Shown here in pieces: positions 13,101 to 25,451 of a DNA stretch of 64,000 nt. The stretch lies in the NCBI GenBank assembly GCA_000004985.1, contig GG738856.1; one strand, 5' to 3'. The position numbers and the translations under genes were made by a program. The DNA is from Naegleria gruberi. Taxonomy: Eukaryota. Within the stretch, counting starts at the first letter, position 1. Each line of letters starts with the position of its first letter. Below the pieces are notes generated by a model. That model did not search any database. It saw nothing but the letters and a program-made list of their open reading frames with translations, and was not told where the DNA came from.

Positions 13101-13574
13101 GTTCCTCCTGAAAGAGTTGACCAAATTGGTATTTCCCGTGCACCACACCAATTTGATTACTTTATCATTAAGGAATGCATTCAAGTTGCAATTTTGAATT
13201 ATGAGGAAATTGATACACTCAAGGATTTACACAAGCCACCTTTCATTTTGGCTCAAGACGATATTATGATCATTAGACTAAAGGATGAACTCGATAAGTA
13301 TGATATGACTGAACTAAAGACTAAGAGAGCATCAGCACCAAGTAGTACTGGCCGTGTTGAGAAGGCTCTCAAGATTAATGTTATTGATAAGGAAACTGAA
13401 CAAAAAGAAGAGGAAGAAAGAAAAAAGCAACAAGAGCAACAACAAGCTTCATCCACCAGTGCTAGTGGTGAACAAACTACTGTCAATGGTGGTGATAAGA
13501 TGGTTGACGATACAGCTCCAACCAGTACTGGAACTGAAGAAAATCCAAAGAAGAAAATGAAATCAGACGAATGA
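10103..13574 (+). CDS. Ubiquitin carboxyl-terminal hydrolase of the USP7/USP47 family. Two exons, approximately join(10103..10577,10630..13574), about 1139 aa.
   Basis: Cys box 'GLSNQGATCYLNSLIQSLYHTPEFR'. The spliced junction reads 'TKSFG|WTQSDAFVQHDVQELNRIL'. His box 'YELFGVLVHSGTSSGGHYYAYIK'. A long C-terminal region matches the tandem ubiquitin-like domains of USP7-type enzymes. There is no N-terminal MATH domain. The intron is GTACGT...TTGATCAG, 52 nt. Confidence 0.85.
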
Positions 13575-13634
13575 CAAACAAGCTCTACTCTTGAAGAAAA
13601 CCCAAAAAAGAAAATGAAATCAGAGTAAAATTAT

Positions 13635-14770
13635 TTAATCATCATTCAAGTATTTTCTCACATCATCGTTGGATTCGTAGGCCCAGCCTAAATTACTTGT
13701 AGCCGATTCAAGAATTGATGTGTTATCACCTTCACAAGCTCCAAACACATATCCACTTGCTCTGTCTACTGCTTTCAATACTCTCAGAACGCTCTCCTTA
13801 TCTTGAATATTCAGAGTGCAAAATGAAACGAGTGAATAATCCTCAATCACATCAGCCATTAGCTTGTTCAACCTCTTGAACCTATTTCTGTAATTTTTAA
13901 CTTTGTTTTGTGGAGTATCCTCATCATCTTGCATAATATCCTCTTCTTCCTCTTCTTCAGCGTTATTGACATTGCACTTTTCACCATGTTCATGATCTGC
14001 TTCACAAACAGGTTTCTTTCCCATATTTCTTACCAAATAGGATAAATCCTGAACCTGTGTATAAAAGTCAATATCAAAAGCCAGTTTTCCATATTGTTGA
14101 ATCAAGTCAACCTTGGACAAAACATTTACATGAGGAAGTTCCAATCTGATCATTATCGACAAGGAAACCATCAAAATTGAAATATATTTCGATGGATCTG
14201 TACAATGATGAGCATCCACTAAATTAACAGCACACAATCTGAAATGCCAGCCATTTGTTAACTTGTCACAAATATCCCTCACAACATTGTAATGTGTATA
14301 TAATTCAATTTGTCCAGGCATATCAAAAATTACATAATACGAATCATCTTCAATATATGGTTTTAACTCTGTTTTTAACCAATCATCCATATGTTCCTTT
14401 AAATATTCTATACAATAAACAAGTCCACCATTTGGTCCTAATTTTAATTCCTCCATCACAGGTTCTATCGAAACTAAATCTTGAATATCCACAGCACATT
14501 CATATTTATATCCTTCATTGGCAGGATCCAAATTTACTACAATTACTTTTCTTCCAATTCCTTTCAAAAATTGTTGCATTCCATCACAATATGTACTCTA
14601 TTAATATTAATAATTAAATCATCATTATTAATCATATGATGAGAATTACAAATATTAACGTCAATACAAAAATTATTATCATTTCATCATGGTCAATATA
14701 TTAGAATTAATCGGAATCTTCTTACCTTACCACTTCCAGGTGGTCCACAAACGATTTGACCAAAAGGCAT
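13635..14770 (-). CDS. GPN2: GPN-loop GTPase 2. Two exons, approximately complement(join(13635..14597,14726..14770)).
   Basis: Exon 1 'MPFGQIVCGPPGSGK' followed by a GTAAG donor. Exon 2 'STYCDGMQQFLKGIGRKVIVVNLDPANEGYKYECAVDIQDLV...LGPNGGLVYCIEYL' closely matches GPN2, including the GPN motif. Confidence 0.85.
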
Positions 14771-14892
14771 TTTTTTTCTATGAATGAAAAAGATGAAGTT
14801 TTGTTTTTTCGGAAGATGAGGATGAACAAATTATTTCATCATCCGAAAAATAATTTTAATTCGTGGCGTGATGACAATAGAAAGAAGAAAAA

Positions 14893-16104
14893 ATGGTTTC
14901 ATTCAATCACAAAGAGTTTCAAGAACCTGTAAAGATTATTTTGAGTGATTTCCTTGATGATTCAACAAGGAATCTTAATAGAATGCTCCGATCGAAATTA
15001 ATGATCAATTCGCAACAACGTTTGGTTGATTTTCTGTTTCGTCTCTTATCCACCGAATATCCACCGCCACCCTCTTCATCCACACCATTGTTGTTGAGTG
15101 ATAATGGTAATAGTGAATCGGAGAAGGCTTCCTTGCCATGTTGTAAATTGAGTGAGGAAGAAATTTTGCAAATTTGTTCGATGGTGAGTTGTTTTTGTAT
15201 TATGATGATCATTATATTAATTCAATATATTTAACAATATATTAATTAATTGATTATAATTAAATATATTTAATAGTCGAGTAGATATTATGAAAATGTT
15301 CCGAATGTTATTAGATTAAATTCACCTTTATCAATTTGTGGAACAATCAAGGGATCTTTTTCGAGTTTGGACAAGATTTTGGATGAATGTAAAATTGTGG
15401 ATCGAGAAAAACATACTGTAAATTATCAATGTAATGGATTATTGGTTTTGGGAGGATTTTCATTGACTCCATTCATATCAGGTCCTTACAAATTGCCAAG
15501 ATATGCCTACTTTACTGTTGAGGTCGTTTTGGTATTGTACTGTTTGAAATTGTTAATGCCTGAAAAGGTGCATCTATTGAGGGGAAGTGTGGAAAATAGG
15601 TGGGTTAACTTTGGAAATTTTCATGATGTTTGTTTGGAAAGATTTGGAAAAGAGTCTGGAAAGAGGGTTTACAATGCAATTTCAGATATATTCCTGGACT
15701 TACCATTGGTAGCAATTGTGGATAATCAAGTCATGTGTGTAAATTCTGGGCTACCTTTCGGAGGACTGAAAGAAATAGAGGATGAAGAGAGAAGAATTGG
15801 ATTGGAGAGTGCAGAATATACCAGTGCCGTGTCAGCATGTACAATGCATGAGGCTGAAGAGGTTCATGGATGGAAACTGAAACCACTGGCCAGTGAGTTA
15901 TTATTCGGCCCAGATATAACTAAAAAGTTTTTGGAGGAGGAAAATTTGAAATTGTTAATTTCTGGAAAATTGTTGTGTGATTCTACCTCTACAGCTCATG
16001 ATGGATTAGTGCTCATGGTGAGTAGCTTCCCAAGAGATGGACTACTGGGTGGTGTTATCCATCTAGAACGTAATTGCAAGTATAGAGTATTTTCATTCAA
16101 ATGA
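14893..16104 (+). CDS. PPP-family (PP1/PP2A-like) phosphatase-fold protein with all catalytic metal ligands substituted, so a predicted pseudophosphatase. Two exons, approximately join(14893..15183,15277..16104).
   Basis: The sequence aligns to the PPP core. 'ICGTIKGS' stands in place of the GDxHG motif. 'VLGGFSLTP' stands in place of GDxVDRG. 'LLRGSVEN' stands in place of LRGNHE. 'VMCVNSGLP' stands in place of the HGG motif. The flanking scaffold 'YNAISDIFLDLPLVAIVDNQ' is conserved. The intron runs GTGAGT...TTTAATAG. Confidence 0.6.
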
Positions 16105-16975
16105 AAGTTTACAATGACATGCATTTGATACAAACTAGCTGAAATTTAGATTATTTACATGAAAAGATTCGTAGATTGTAAATGAGCTTTACAATAACGA
16201 AAATTTGATACAAAACTGCAATTTTACAATCATTCATTATTGGTCACAGATCAATAGATATTTCAAGATTTCATCTTGAGTGAAAAATCTTTCCATTGCA
16301 TGATCAACAATACAACCAATATCTCCTTCTAAAAATGTAACTTATTGGATCATGAAAAACTGTACAGAAATCAACCAACCCAAATGCATGAAAGATTACA
16401 ATTTTCTAATGATAGGAGAATTAGGTCAATTTCAAATCTCCATAATTAACATTTTACATTGTAAACATTCGATTGTAAAGTCAATTTCAATTTTCGCACA
16501 GAGTATTATCTATTACCAGCTAAAGAGAAATTGAGAAGCTCGCATAGACCTTATCTTTGTACTGATCAATAATGAATCTACCCAATTTCCTTTCAATTCG
16601 TTCATCAACAAAAAAGCCAAGTCATAATTCGTGCTTTCCCAAAAAGCAAAATCATTTCTTTCTCTCGCTCAATTTTTTAAAAATAAATTACGCATAAAGC
16701 GAAAGTTACCTTGGTTTACTTTTCCCGCCAATTTTTTTACTTGTTCCTTGATCAACCAAAAACTCCCGAAAAGCAATAAATAGGGCTCGGTTTTGAGGTC
16801 ATCAGGAAAATAAAACTTTAAAAAAAAACAACGAAAACAAATCACTCGAGTTTCTCTCCAAGAAGCCTTTGTAAGATATCATACCTGTAACCAAGTTTGC
16901 TTTTTGTAATCATATTACCACCACACTCTGTGTAAATTATAACAATACCTGTATTTTAAAACAATCCTTAGAAAA

Positions 16976-17461
16976 ATGTACAAGAATTTGATCAATATTA
17001 CTTCATTTGCTATTAGAAAGTCATCGACAACAAGTGGTTGTCATAAGGCTGGAAGCTTTGTCATGCCAACAGTTCATAGCTATCATCACAGTTTTAGAAA
17101 TAGAGATTTGGAAAGAGTTGCCTCCTGTGTTGGCCATTCTCAAGATGTTACCGTCGATCAAAGCAACCTTTCGTATAGTATTCAACAATTAATTGACAAG
17201 TTGGAAAAGCTTGCCAAACTGGATCCACAATTGAAGAAGATTTTGCAAGATTATTCATCTGATGTTTCTATGACAAGAACTGCTAGAATGAACAAGTTGA
17301 CTGCCCAACGTTTATTCGAATGCAACTTAAAGGTTCAACATTACCTCAGTGCACACGTTGGCACTCAAGAATTGAGATTCTTGTCAATGGTAAACTCTGA
17401 TCTCGCTGATGAATGCTCTGTTATCAACAAGCGTTTGCAAAAACACATCTTTTCCACATAA
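16976..17461 (+). CDS. Hypothetical protein of 161 aa, possibly mitochondrial.
   Basis: A-rich start context 'gaaaaatgtac'. The N-terminus is basic/hydroxylated and presequence-like. No recognisable domain. Confidence 0.35.
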   Translation: MYKNLINITSFAIRKSSTTSGCHKAGSFVMPTVHSYHHSFRNRDLERVASCVGHSQDVTVDQSNLSYSIQQLIDKLEKLAKLDPQLKKILQDYSSDVSMTRTARMNKLTAQRLFECNLKVQHYLSAHVGTQELRFLSMVNSDLADECSVINKRLQKHIFST

Positions 17462-18197
17462 TCATTGTACTTTTACTCCAAACACCAACTTGTAAATAAT
17501 ATTACTGAATGTTTGAACATCAAGAAAACAATACAACCCTCTCTAGAGAATTAGTAGTTCGTTAAAGAATGGGAAAATAGCACAATAAAATCGCTTAAAA
17601 TGTTTGACAGTTCACTTTACATTTGACATTTTTCTAAATCCAATCCCTGACACAATCAGTCTTTTATGTTATCTTTTTCAATTATGGAATTTTATGCTTT
17701 TGAAATATTGTAATCATGTAACCATCATTTGTAGACTCGACAAGGTACATCATTTTACTGTAGAAACATTATTGTAATCTCTTCTTTGTTTGAGGTTGTT
17801 GAAAATCATAATGACATATGTTTTTGATTTCTTGTGACAGATCCACTTATCAAAACCTCAACATCTGCTAGGGGGATCTAGAGATTGTTATCGTATTATC
17901 TTGGCATGTACTTATTCGAAGACTTCTCACCCTTAGTAGAAATCTAAAAATACAATCTTTACCTTCAAAAATTACAACTGTTGAGGTTGTATGATATCCA
18001 AGAACTTGGCAGAAAAAACTACTCGAAAAAATGACTAAAGTTCAACCTGTTCATGATGACAATAAGAAGGTAAGTTTCAAAACAACTTTACTAACATTCA
18101 AATCAAGCAAAATAAAAATGAAGATTTGCTTCTCTTAGATGGTGAAAAGGAAAAGCTTTGCGAAAGAAAGAAAATCATTCTCAAATCTTGCATTTCC

Positions 18198-20537
18198 ATG
18201 AGATTAATCATTACCTTATTAATCATTCTCCTCTTGACGGCATGCTCCATCCTTACCTGGTTAGCTTCCTTCATTGGATCTATAACTGCCTTAGAAGAAT
18301 TATCCCAGAATCTTGTTTCTAGAGTTGGAGAGAAGGCCATTACTTACATTGATAGTCAACTGGATCCTGTTGTGAAACTTTCATCAAGTTTTGCAGCTGA
18401 CATTACCAACGGATCAATTTCTCTTCAACCCTCCATTAGCAACTTGTATCAAAAAGCAACAATCTACAAAGCATCAAGTGTTGGTGTTTTCTATTCACAA
18501 AGTTTGTACTCTGTTGTTTGGGCAGGTGTTTATCCGAATGAAGTATTGACCTATTCAGAGGCAATTCCTGGTCTAGTTTATTGGAAATTGGATGCTAGCA
18601 ATGGAAATGTGGTCTCAGTGTTCAAAAATACGTCTACTATTCCTTTTTCAATCACTTCTCAAGCGTTCTGGGCTGGAAGTTTTGCATTATTCAACTCAAC
18701 TGGTGCTGAAACGATTCTTGGAGCTCCGTATGTGGTAATCAATTCAGGAGTAGTGATTTATTGTTCTACAAAGATTTACGATCCAGTATTGATGGTTCAA
18801 GGAACAAAAAAAGTTATTGGAATTGCAAAAGTCAACTTGACCTTAAAGACCGTTCAGGATTTTTTACAGAAATTGTCCGTGATTGGAAATGGATACATAA
18901 TATTATCAGAAACGAATAACAATGTGATCGGAGCTTCTATTAACTCAACTGCAACTGATGGAGTGTCTAGAATTTCCTTATTTGACCTTACTGATAAAAA
19001 CGCTGGTCAACTGATGACAGATCTCAAAAATCAATATGGAGATATGAGCAAAGTTCCATCCTATAGCCAAATAACTAGTAAGGGAGTAGAATATTTCGTT
19101 TCCAAAATGGACTACCAATATCTCAATGTTCGTTGGAATCTGTATATGGTAATTTACAAATCTGATATCCAAAGAGTTACCAATATTAATACTGGTATCT
19201 CAGTTGCTGTTGCAGTTGTAGTTATTGGAGTGGGTATCATTTGTGGTGTCTTTATTGGACATATTGTAACGAAACCTCTCAGATTCCTTGAAGATCAATT
19301 TTCAAAAATCAAAACTTTTGATTTGAATTCTTGTAATTTCATTTCAAGCCAATTCAAAGAAGTTGATAGAATTTATGAGCATTTGTATGATATGGTCACT
19401 TGGCTTAATGAATTCAAGTCCTTCCTCCCAGAGAGTGTCTTTAATCAACTCAAACATATGGAACTAGTTGAAGATTCGAAACAGCACTCAGCAACTATTC
19501 GACAAAGCGTCCATGATTCACAAGCCATGATGTCCAGTGCTCAACTATCTTCCAAGCATTCTGGAAAATCAAGTAATCTCCAATCTGGCTTGGGAGGAAT
19601 TACTTCTGGAGGTTTATTTAAGGTTGGATTATCCACGAATAAGGTAACAATAGTCTGTGTTAAACTATTTGGGTTTTCTAATGAGAATTCCATGCATGAT
19701 TTATCGTTGCTATTCTCAAAGATTGCTTCCTGCCTTTCAAACTTGTCCAAAACTATGCAAGTCACTGATATGAAGATTAATTCTGTCGATGAATTTCAAT
19801 TATGTTTTACAAATGACAAGAAGAAGAAATCAGAATTTTTGGCCTTAGATGCAAGTTTGAAAATTGCAAAGGCATTGAATAATATTACTGGAAAGTCGGG
19901 TCAGAAAATTGATTATTCAATTGGTGTTTGTTCTGATTTGGCAAATATTGGAAATTTGGGAACTAGTTCACTAAGATATTTTTCAATTGTTGGTTCTGTG
20001 GTTGACAATGCCAAGATAATTGCATTATTGGGACATTCTAGTGCTAGCAGAGTTCTTGTGGATGGAAATACTCTGACTAATGTCAAGGAACAATTCGTAT
20101 ACAAACCTGTGGATCGATTGGAAATGGAACTACACTCTAAAAAGACAATTTGTTCGATTTTTGAAGTGATTAGAGAGAATGTTGTTAATCAAGATGAATG
20201 GCTATACGAATTGGATCAATCGAATAGTAATAATAAGTATTTAGAGTTACAATCTATTTTCCATCAACTATTCGAAAGTTCATCATCCATTTCATTCGAA
20301 ACTTTGAATGATTTCCGATCTAAACTTTCCCAATTCATGAATGAACATCCACAAGAAAGTTCAAACATGACCAAGACTTTAGAATTCTTAGAAATGGTTT
20401 TACAATGCTCTTCAGAATCTCAATCCCATGAAATGCTAAATAATTACAAAACTGTTTTGGAGAAACATTTGACCACTCTTTCTAAATACACCTATTCTGA
20501 TTCCGATGTTATTGTAACCAAAATTAAAATTGATTAA
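18198..20537 (+). CDS. Two-TM receptor: an extracellular sensor domain of about 330 aa (Cache-like), a HAMP-like linker, and a class-III nucleotidyl-cyclase homology domain with a divergent active site.
   Basis: TM1 'MRLIITLLIILLLTACSILTWLASFIG' and TM2 'ISVAVAVVVIGVGIICGVFIGHIV'. The cyclase-like blocks are 'VTIVCVKLFGFSN' (aligning with the F-x-D-I-x-G-F-T metal site, but K replaces the Asp) and 'IGVCSDLANIGNLGTSSLRYFSIVGSVVDNAKIIALLG' (aligning with IGxHxGxVxxGxxGxxRxxYxxxGDxVNxAxRxE). The first ATG in frame is at 18198. The ATG at 18030 belongs to a short uORF that ends in TAA. Confidence 0.55.
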   Translation: MRLIITLLIILLLTACSILTWLASFIGSITALEELSQNLVSRVGEKAITYIDSQLDPVVKLSSSFAADITNGSISLQPSISNLYQKATIYKASSVGVFYSQSLYSVVWAGVYPNEVLTYSEAIPGLVYWKLDASNGNVVSVFKNTSTIPFSITSQAFWAGSFALFNSTGAETILGAPYVVINSGVVIYCSTKIYDPVLMVQGTKKVIGIAKVNLTLKTVQDFLQKLSVIGNGYIILSETNNNVIGASINSTATDGVSRISLFDLTDKNAGQLMTDLKNQYGDMSKVPSYSQITSKGVEYFVSKMDYQYLNVRWNLYMVIYKSDIQRVTNINTGISVAVAVVVIGVGIICGVFIGHIVTKPLRFLEDQFSKIKTFDLNSCNFISSQFKEVDRIYEHLYDMVTWLNEFKSFLPESVFNQLKHMELVEDSKQHSATIRQSVHDSQAMMSSAQLSSKHSGKSSNLQSGLGGITSGGLFKVGLSTNKVTIVCVKLFGFSNENSMHDLSLLFSKIASCLSNLSKTMQVTDMKINSVDEFQLCFTNDKKKKSEFLALDASLKIAKALNNITGKSGQKIDYSIGVCSDLANIGNLGTSSLRYFSIVGSVVDNAKIIALLGHSSASRVLVDGNTLTNVKEQFVYKPVDRLEMELHSKKTICSIFEVIRENVVNQDEWLYELDQSNSNNKYLELQSIFHQLFESSSSISFETLNDFRSKLSQFMNEHPQESSNMTKTLEFLEMVLQCSSESQSHEMLNNYKTVLEKHLTTLSKYTYSDSDVIVTKIKID

Positions 20538-20597
20538 AGTAACTTTGAATATCAATATGTTAGAATTCAGTTCAGTTTTTTCTCAAATTCCAATAAT

Positions 20598-23500
20598 TTA
20601 ATTGTCCACAATCCTTTCATTCCATTCCTCAATCTTTTGTAAAATTTCATTAATGTTTGGTCTTTCCTTTGGGTCATGACTCCATGATTGTCTAATGAGT
20701 AAAGTCATTTCAAAAATGATATCCGAGTGGTAGTTCAACACTTCGTTCCTAGGTAGGAATGTTTCACACCAAGTTTGACATTCCTCTGCAGTAGAAAATG
20801 GAATGACAGGTCTCAATCCTTCTTCACAAACACTCTTATGGAATTGATATGAGCTATTAAATACATTTGGTTTGGATAATTTCAATTTTTGAAGAGCTCT
20901 TGCGTCCATACTTTGATATGGTTCTGTTATTTCGAATATTAATTGCCACATTACAATAGCCAAACTGTAAATATCAATTGATCGAGCATCATTTCTACCA
21001 ATATCTCCCGAAAAGAGTTCAGGACTGTTTCACCACCATATTATTGATATTGCACAATTATAAATCCATTCAGAAAAAAACTAACCTCATATAATTACTC
21101 GTTCCAATATGATTGGTGAGGGCTGAAATGCTGTGAGAAGACAAGACTCTTCCCAATCCAAAATCACACAACTTGGCAGTTCCATTCTTGTCTAAAAGAA
21201 TATTTGCTGGTTTCAAATCTCTGAATAATTGTGGACTAATTAAAAAATACTGAGATAGATCAAACATACCTGTGGACAATAAAGTTCGGCTCCAAACAAT
21301 GTAGATAATTGATTCCACTGGCTACATTGAGTAGAATGGACAGTTTCAGTTGAAGTGAACACTTCAATTGGTGTAATTCCAAGCTTCTAATCAAGGATTC
21401 CAAACTCTTATCCATATATTCCATTGCAATAAACCTCTTTGTGGGTGTTGATGAAATACCATAAAAATTGATAATGTTGGGATGTCTCAATTTGGACAAT
21501 AGAATGGCTTCAAATTTGAAATCATCTTCTGAAATATTAATATTATTCAAGTCAAATACTTTGACAGCAATAATAATTCCATTATATTTGGTTGAAAAGA
21601 CACTTCCCATTCCTCCTTCTCCAAGTCTCTGAGTTAAAAATGGTAAATTAGAACTAAGAATATGAATAACGTACCTTAATTGGTTTGTCCATGTGTAACA
21701 GCTCAACAGGAATAATAAAATTCTGCTCCTCCTCACTGGTTGGCTTGGATCCAGAGCCATTACTTGTATATTCCATTTCAGATTGAGATAAGAGTCTTTG
21801 ATCTAAAGTGAGGTCAGTATCATTTATCCTCTTTTGCTTTCTGTACTTCCTTGTGATGAAAATCAAGACAACTGAAATGATTGCAATGACCAATGCAAAA
21901 AATCCTATCAGTCCAAGAACAATTCCCAACATTAAATTGCTGTATTCACATCTCTCTCCACCAAAGCCTTCCTTACATTCGCACATATCATGCTTTACAC
22001 AATTTCCATTACGATTGCAAGCTTCAGATCCAGATATTCCAAAACAAATTGCAATTTGACATGAAACACCTGTATATCCAATACTACAATTACAATTATT
22101 TGGAGAAATACAAGTTCCATTAGAAGAACAAACAGACTGGCTTTCACTGGAAATCCCATTACAAATAGGATATTGACATTGAGAGCCAGAAAATCCAGCA
22201 TGGCACACACACTTGTTATATTCAACACACGTTCCATTTCCGCCATTGCACGAAGTGCTTTCATTTGAAGCAATGCCAAAGCATGTGGCTATACATTCTG
22301 TCATTGTCATACTAAGGACATACCCATCTTTGCAGTAGGGTTTCATCTTGTATATGACATTATATTTGGAATCTGAAATGTAGATTTCACCTTTTCCATC
22401 ATTGGAAAATGTAATACCTTCAGGAATTCCCAATGGAGCACTCACTGCTGACAATTCCATATTAGAATAGTATAGACCTCCATAGGATGTGTCTGTTCCA
22501 TTTCCAGCAATTGTTGTAATTATTCCATCTTTGATTCTTCTAATTCTACCATTGTTAGAATCTGAGAAAATGATATCCTCGTATGGAGGAATGAGCTTTA
22601 AAAATGTTGGACTGTTAAGTTGGGCGTTTTTAGCAGGTAGTCCATCTCCACTAAATCCCTTAATACCTGTTCCAGCCAATGTTGAAATTGTTCCATTTTT
22701 GTAAACTATTCTAATTCGGTGATTGTTTCGGTCAGAAAATATGATGTCCCCTGTGATTTTTGAATAAGCAATACCAGATGGGTAGGCCAAAGATGTTTGT
22801 AATGAATTAATATCATCTGCATAGAATCCATATCCACCATTTCCAGCGATTGTGTGCACAATTCCATTTCTAATCATCCTAATCATGTTATTCGTTACAT
22901 CAGTGAAATAAATGTCATTATTTGGTGCGATGGTCAATCCAAGACAATTTCCAATAGCATTTTCAGAAGGACCTAAATCTCCAACTCCTCCAGCAAGTAT
23001 TTCTATTGTCTTTTTCATAGTATAGACTCGAATTTTATCATTTCTAGTATCGGCCACTAGTACCATCTTCTCCTCTAAGGAATTTGCTACTGCATGAACA
23101 GACATAGGCCCATTAATTTTGGCAGTAAGTGCTGAATCGCCATCTCCCTCAAATCCAGGAAATCCTGTCTGGCTAACAACTGTTCTAATGTTGAAATCAG
23201 TTGTTGAAATGGCCCTAATCTTATTGTTAAATGTATCAGCTTCAAGAAATGTTAATTATTGAATGGATAGAAAAACAGAACTTACCAACATAAATGTCTG
23301 AATACCCATAACTGACACTGTGAGGATAAAAGAGCTGACTTCTGATAGCTGGACCTTCATCACCACTACTTCCATCAATTCCTGTTCCTGCAAGTGTTTT
23401 TACTGTTACATCTGTAATCACTCTAATTCTATGATTATTTGTATCCTTTTAGTAACTTGTTAATGTTTCCAATATGTGATAAAACTTACAGCAACAATTA

Positions 23501-25451
23501 AACCCATTTGTGCTGAAATGACACCCATTGGGTTATTGAATTGAGTTTCGAGTGGTAATTTACCATCTCCATTGTAACCTGGTTCTCCAGATCCAGCAAC
23601 TGTTGAAACTATTCCAGTAGATAACGTAATTTTACGAATAACATGATTATTAGAGTCTGCAACATAAATAGCACTATATTCAGCATGTATTCCTGAAGGG
23701 TGGTTGAAAGTGCTGTTCAATGCTATTCCATCTATATGTCCTTTAATACCTGGTTGACCAGCAATAAGTGAAACAGTTTTTGATAGCAAGTGAATACGCC
23801 ACACACAGTGATTACTATCCGAGAAGAATATATATGTTTCTCCTTCACGTCTAAGTGTAGTAATGCCAGATGGTCCACTAATTCCATGATCCTTCTTATT
23901 TGCAATTGTTGAAATAGTTCCATTTGTTGAGCTGATCATTAACACACGATCATTACTCGTATCTGACACAAAAATCAAAATATCATTTGAAGAGGCAAAA
24001 GAGGAGACTCCTGATGGTCTGTTCAGTACTGAGGATTTGACATTGGTTGGTGCATCTCTTGAAGTGGAAAATTTGTTTCCAAATAAAATGGAATGGCTAG
24101 CAGTATTTGATTTGTTGAGTTTGACAAGAAAGTTTACAGTCCAATAACTAATATCATTTGAAATTAGTAAATTTGAATTCAAGTCCAATGCTATTGAGTA
24201 TGGGTTAGAAATTATTGGTGTTGCTCGATACGGTTCATCTTGTGAGAGTGGAACTAATGTATTTTCAACTATTCCAATATTTCCATCTGAGAGTGTGTAA
24301 TTGAGTATTGATGCGGATCCAGATTCCAGAATTAATAACGATGGAGAGCCGCTACTATCTGAATAGATCAAATCTTTGGGTGACCTTAGTAAAAATGGTG
24401 CTTTCATATCTTTTGCATTCATATTAAAAACTCTCATTCCATTCTTTGAAAATAGAGATGAAATAATGCCAGTTTTCAAATCAATTTGTCTTATATGGTT
24501 AATTCCTATCAACCACAATTTACTTCCAATAACAGAAAGTGAATTCAAAAAATTAATGGAAGCGTCAGTGGCTAAACCTCCATCCCCTGAATCTCCTGAT
24601 GTTATAAAAGCACCACCTATTGATGTAGTATTCATTCCAATGATGGAAGATCCCGAGTACTTGACAGTGGTTTTAAATATTTGAAAGTCTGGAAACTTAA
24701 AATAGTAAAAAGACTCGACACTGTCAATAATTTCATTATTGTCAAGCTCAAATGTCAAAAAGTTGCTGCTGCCACTAAGTGAGATGATTGTCGTTATGTT
24801 TCCACTTGTATGATGTAATTTCCTTATAGTGTACAAAGCAGCAATGTACAAATCATTGTTTGAATTGACATGAATAGAATTAATATGTAACAAGTCGTCA
24901 AATCCTGGAATCTTTTTCACAGAGGACTGTCTCTCATCGATTTCATAAATTCTCGTATAATCTGAATAGTAAATAAGAATCAGGTCATTCTTTTTGTGAA
25001 CAGAAAGTAAACCCAACAAGCAAAATGTCATTTCACTCAATTGTGTAGTTGTTTGCGAATCACAATCACAGGATCGACCACCAGCTATAATCACAGAACT
25101 CCCACTAGTAGCATTATATTTAACTAGATTACAAACACCAGCTTCTTCCTTCATACAGTAAAATATATCATTTCCATTCTCATTGATTGGTTTAGCCAAA
25201 TATCCAACAGTTTCCAAAATTGTTTCCACACCCCCATCTGTTAAATTTAATCTCATCAATGACCACACCGATGTAGAAACATATCCACCGAGGTAGACTA
25301 TTTGTTCGGGATGTTGAAATGATTCATAAACCATCTTGACTTCATACTTGAGCCATGGTTTTGTCTTGTTGCTGGTGGCCAAGTAATGGCTTGATGGTAT
25401 ATTGGACACCAACACTAGAACCATCAGTGGGAGAGGTGTATCCACTCGCAA
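20598..25451 (-). CDS. Receptor-type Ser/Thr protein kinase: signal peptide, two blocks of NHL repeats (beta-propeller), tenascin-type EGF-like Cys repeats, a TM helix, and an intracellular kinase. At least six exons.
   Basis: The NHL repeats read 'NNHVIRKITLSTGIVSTVAG' and 'DTNNHRIRVITDVTVKTLAGTGIDG...'. These were reconstructed across GTAAGT introns at about 23.3-23.5 kb. The EGF-like runs read 'CNGGNGTCVEYNKCVCHAGFSGSQCQYPIC...'. The TM helix is 'MLGIVLGLIGFFALVIAIISVVLIF'. Kinase exons give 'GEGGMGSVF...IAVKV', 'DLKPANILLD...CDFGLGR' and 'SIDIYSLAIVMWQLI...DPKERP' at about 20.6-21.8 kb. Confidence 0.75.

Noticed and set aside
18030-18068. An ATG at 18030 followed by GTAAGT, which looks like a 13-codon first exon of the cyclase-homology receptor.
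   Set aside because: The frame hits TAA after 11 codons, before the putative donor. No downstream AG acceptor restores the main frame. I interpret it as a uORF or leader, and I start the CDS at 18198.
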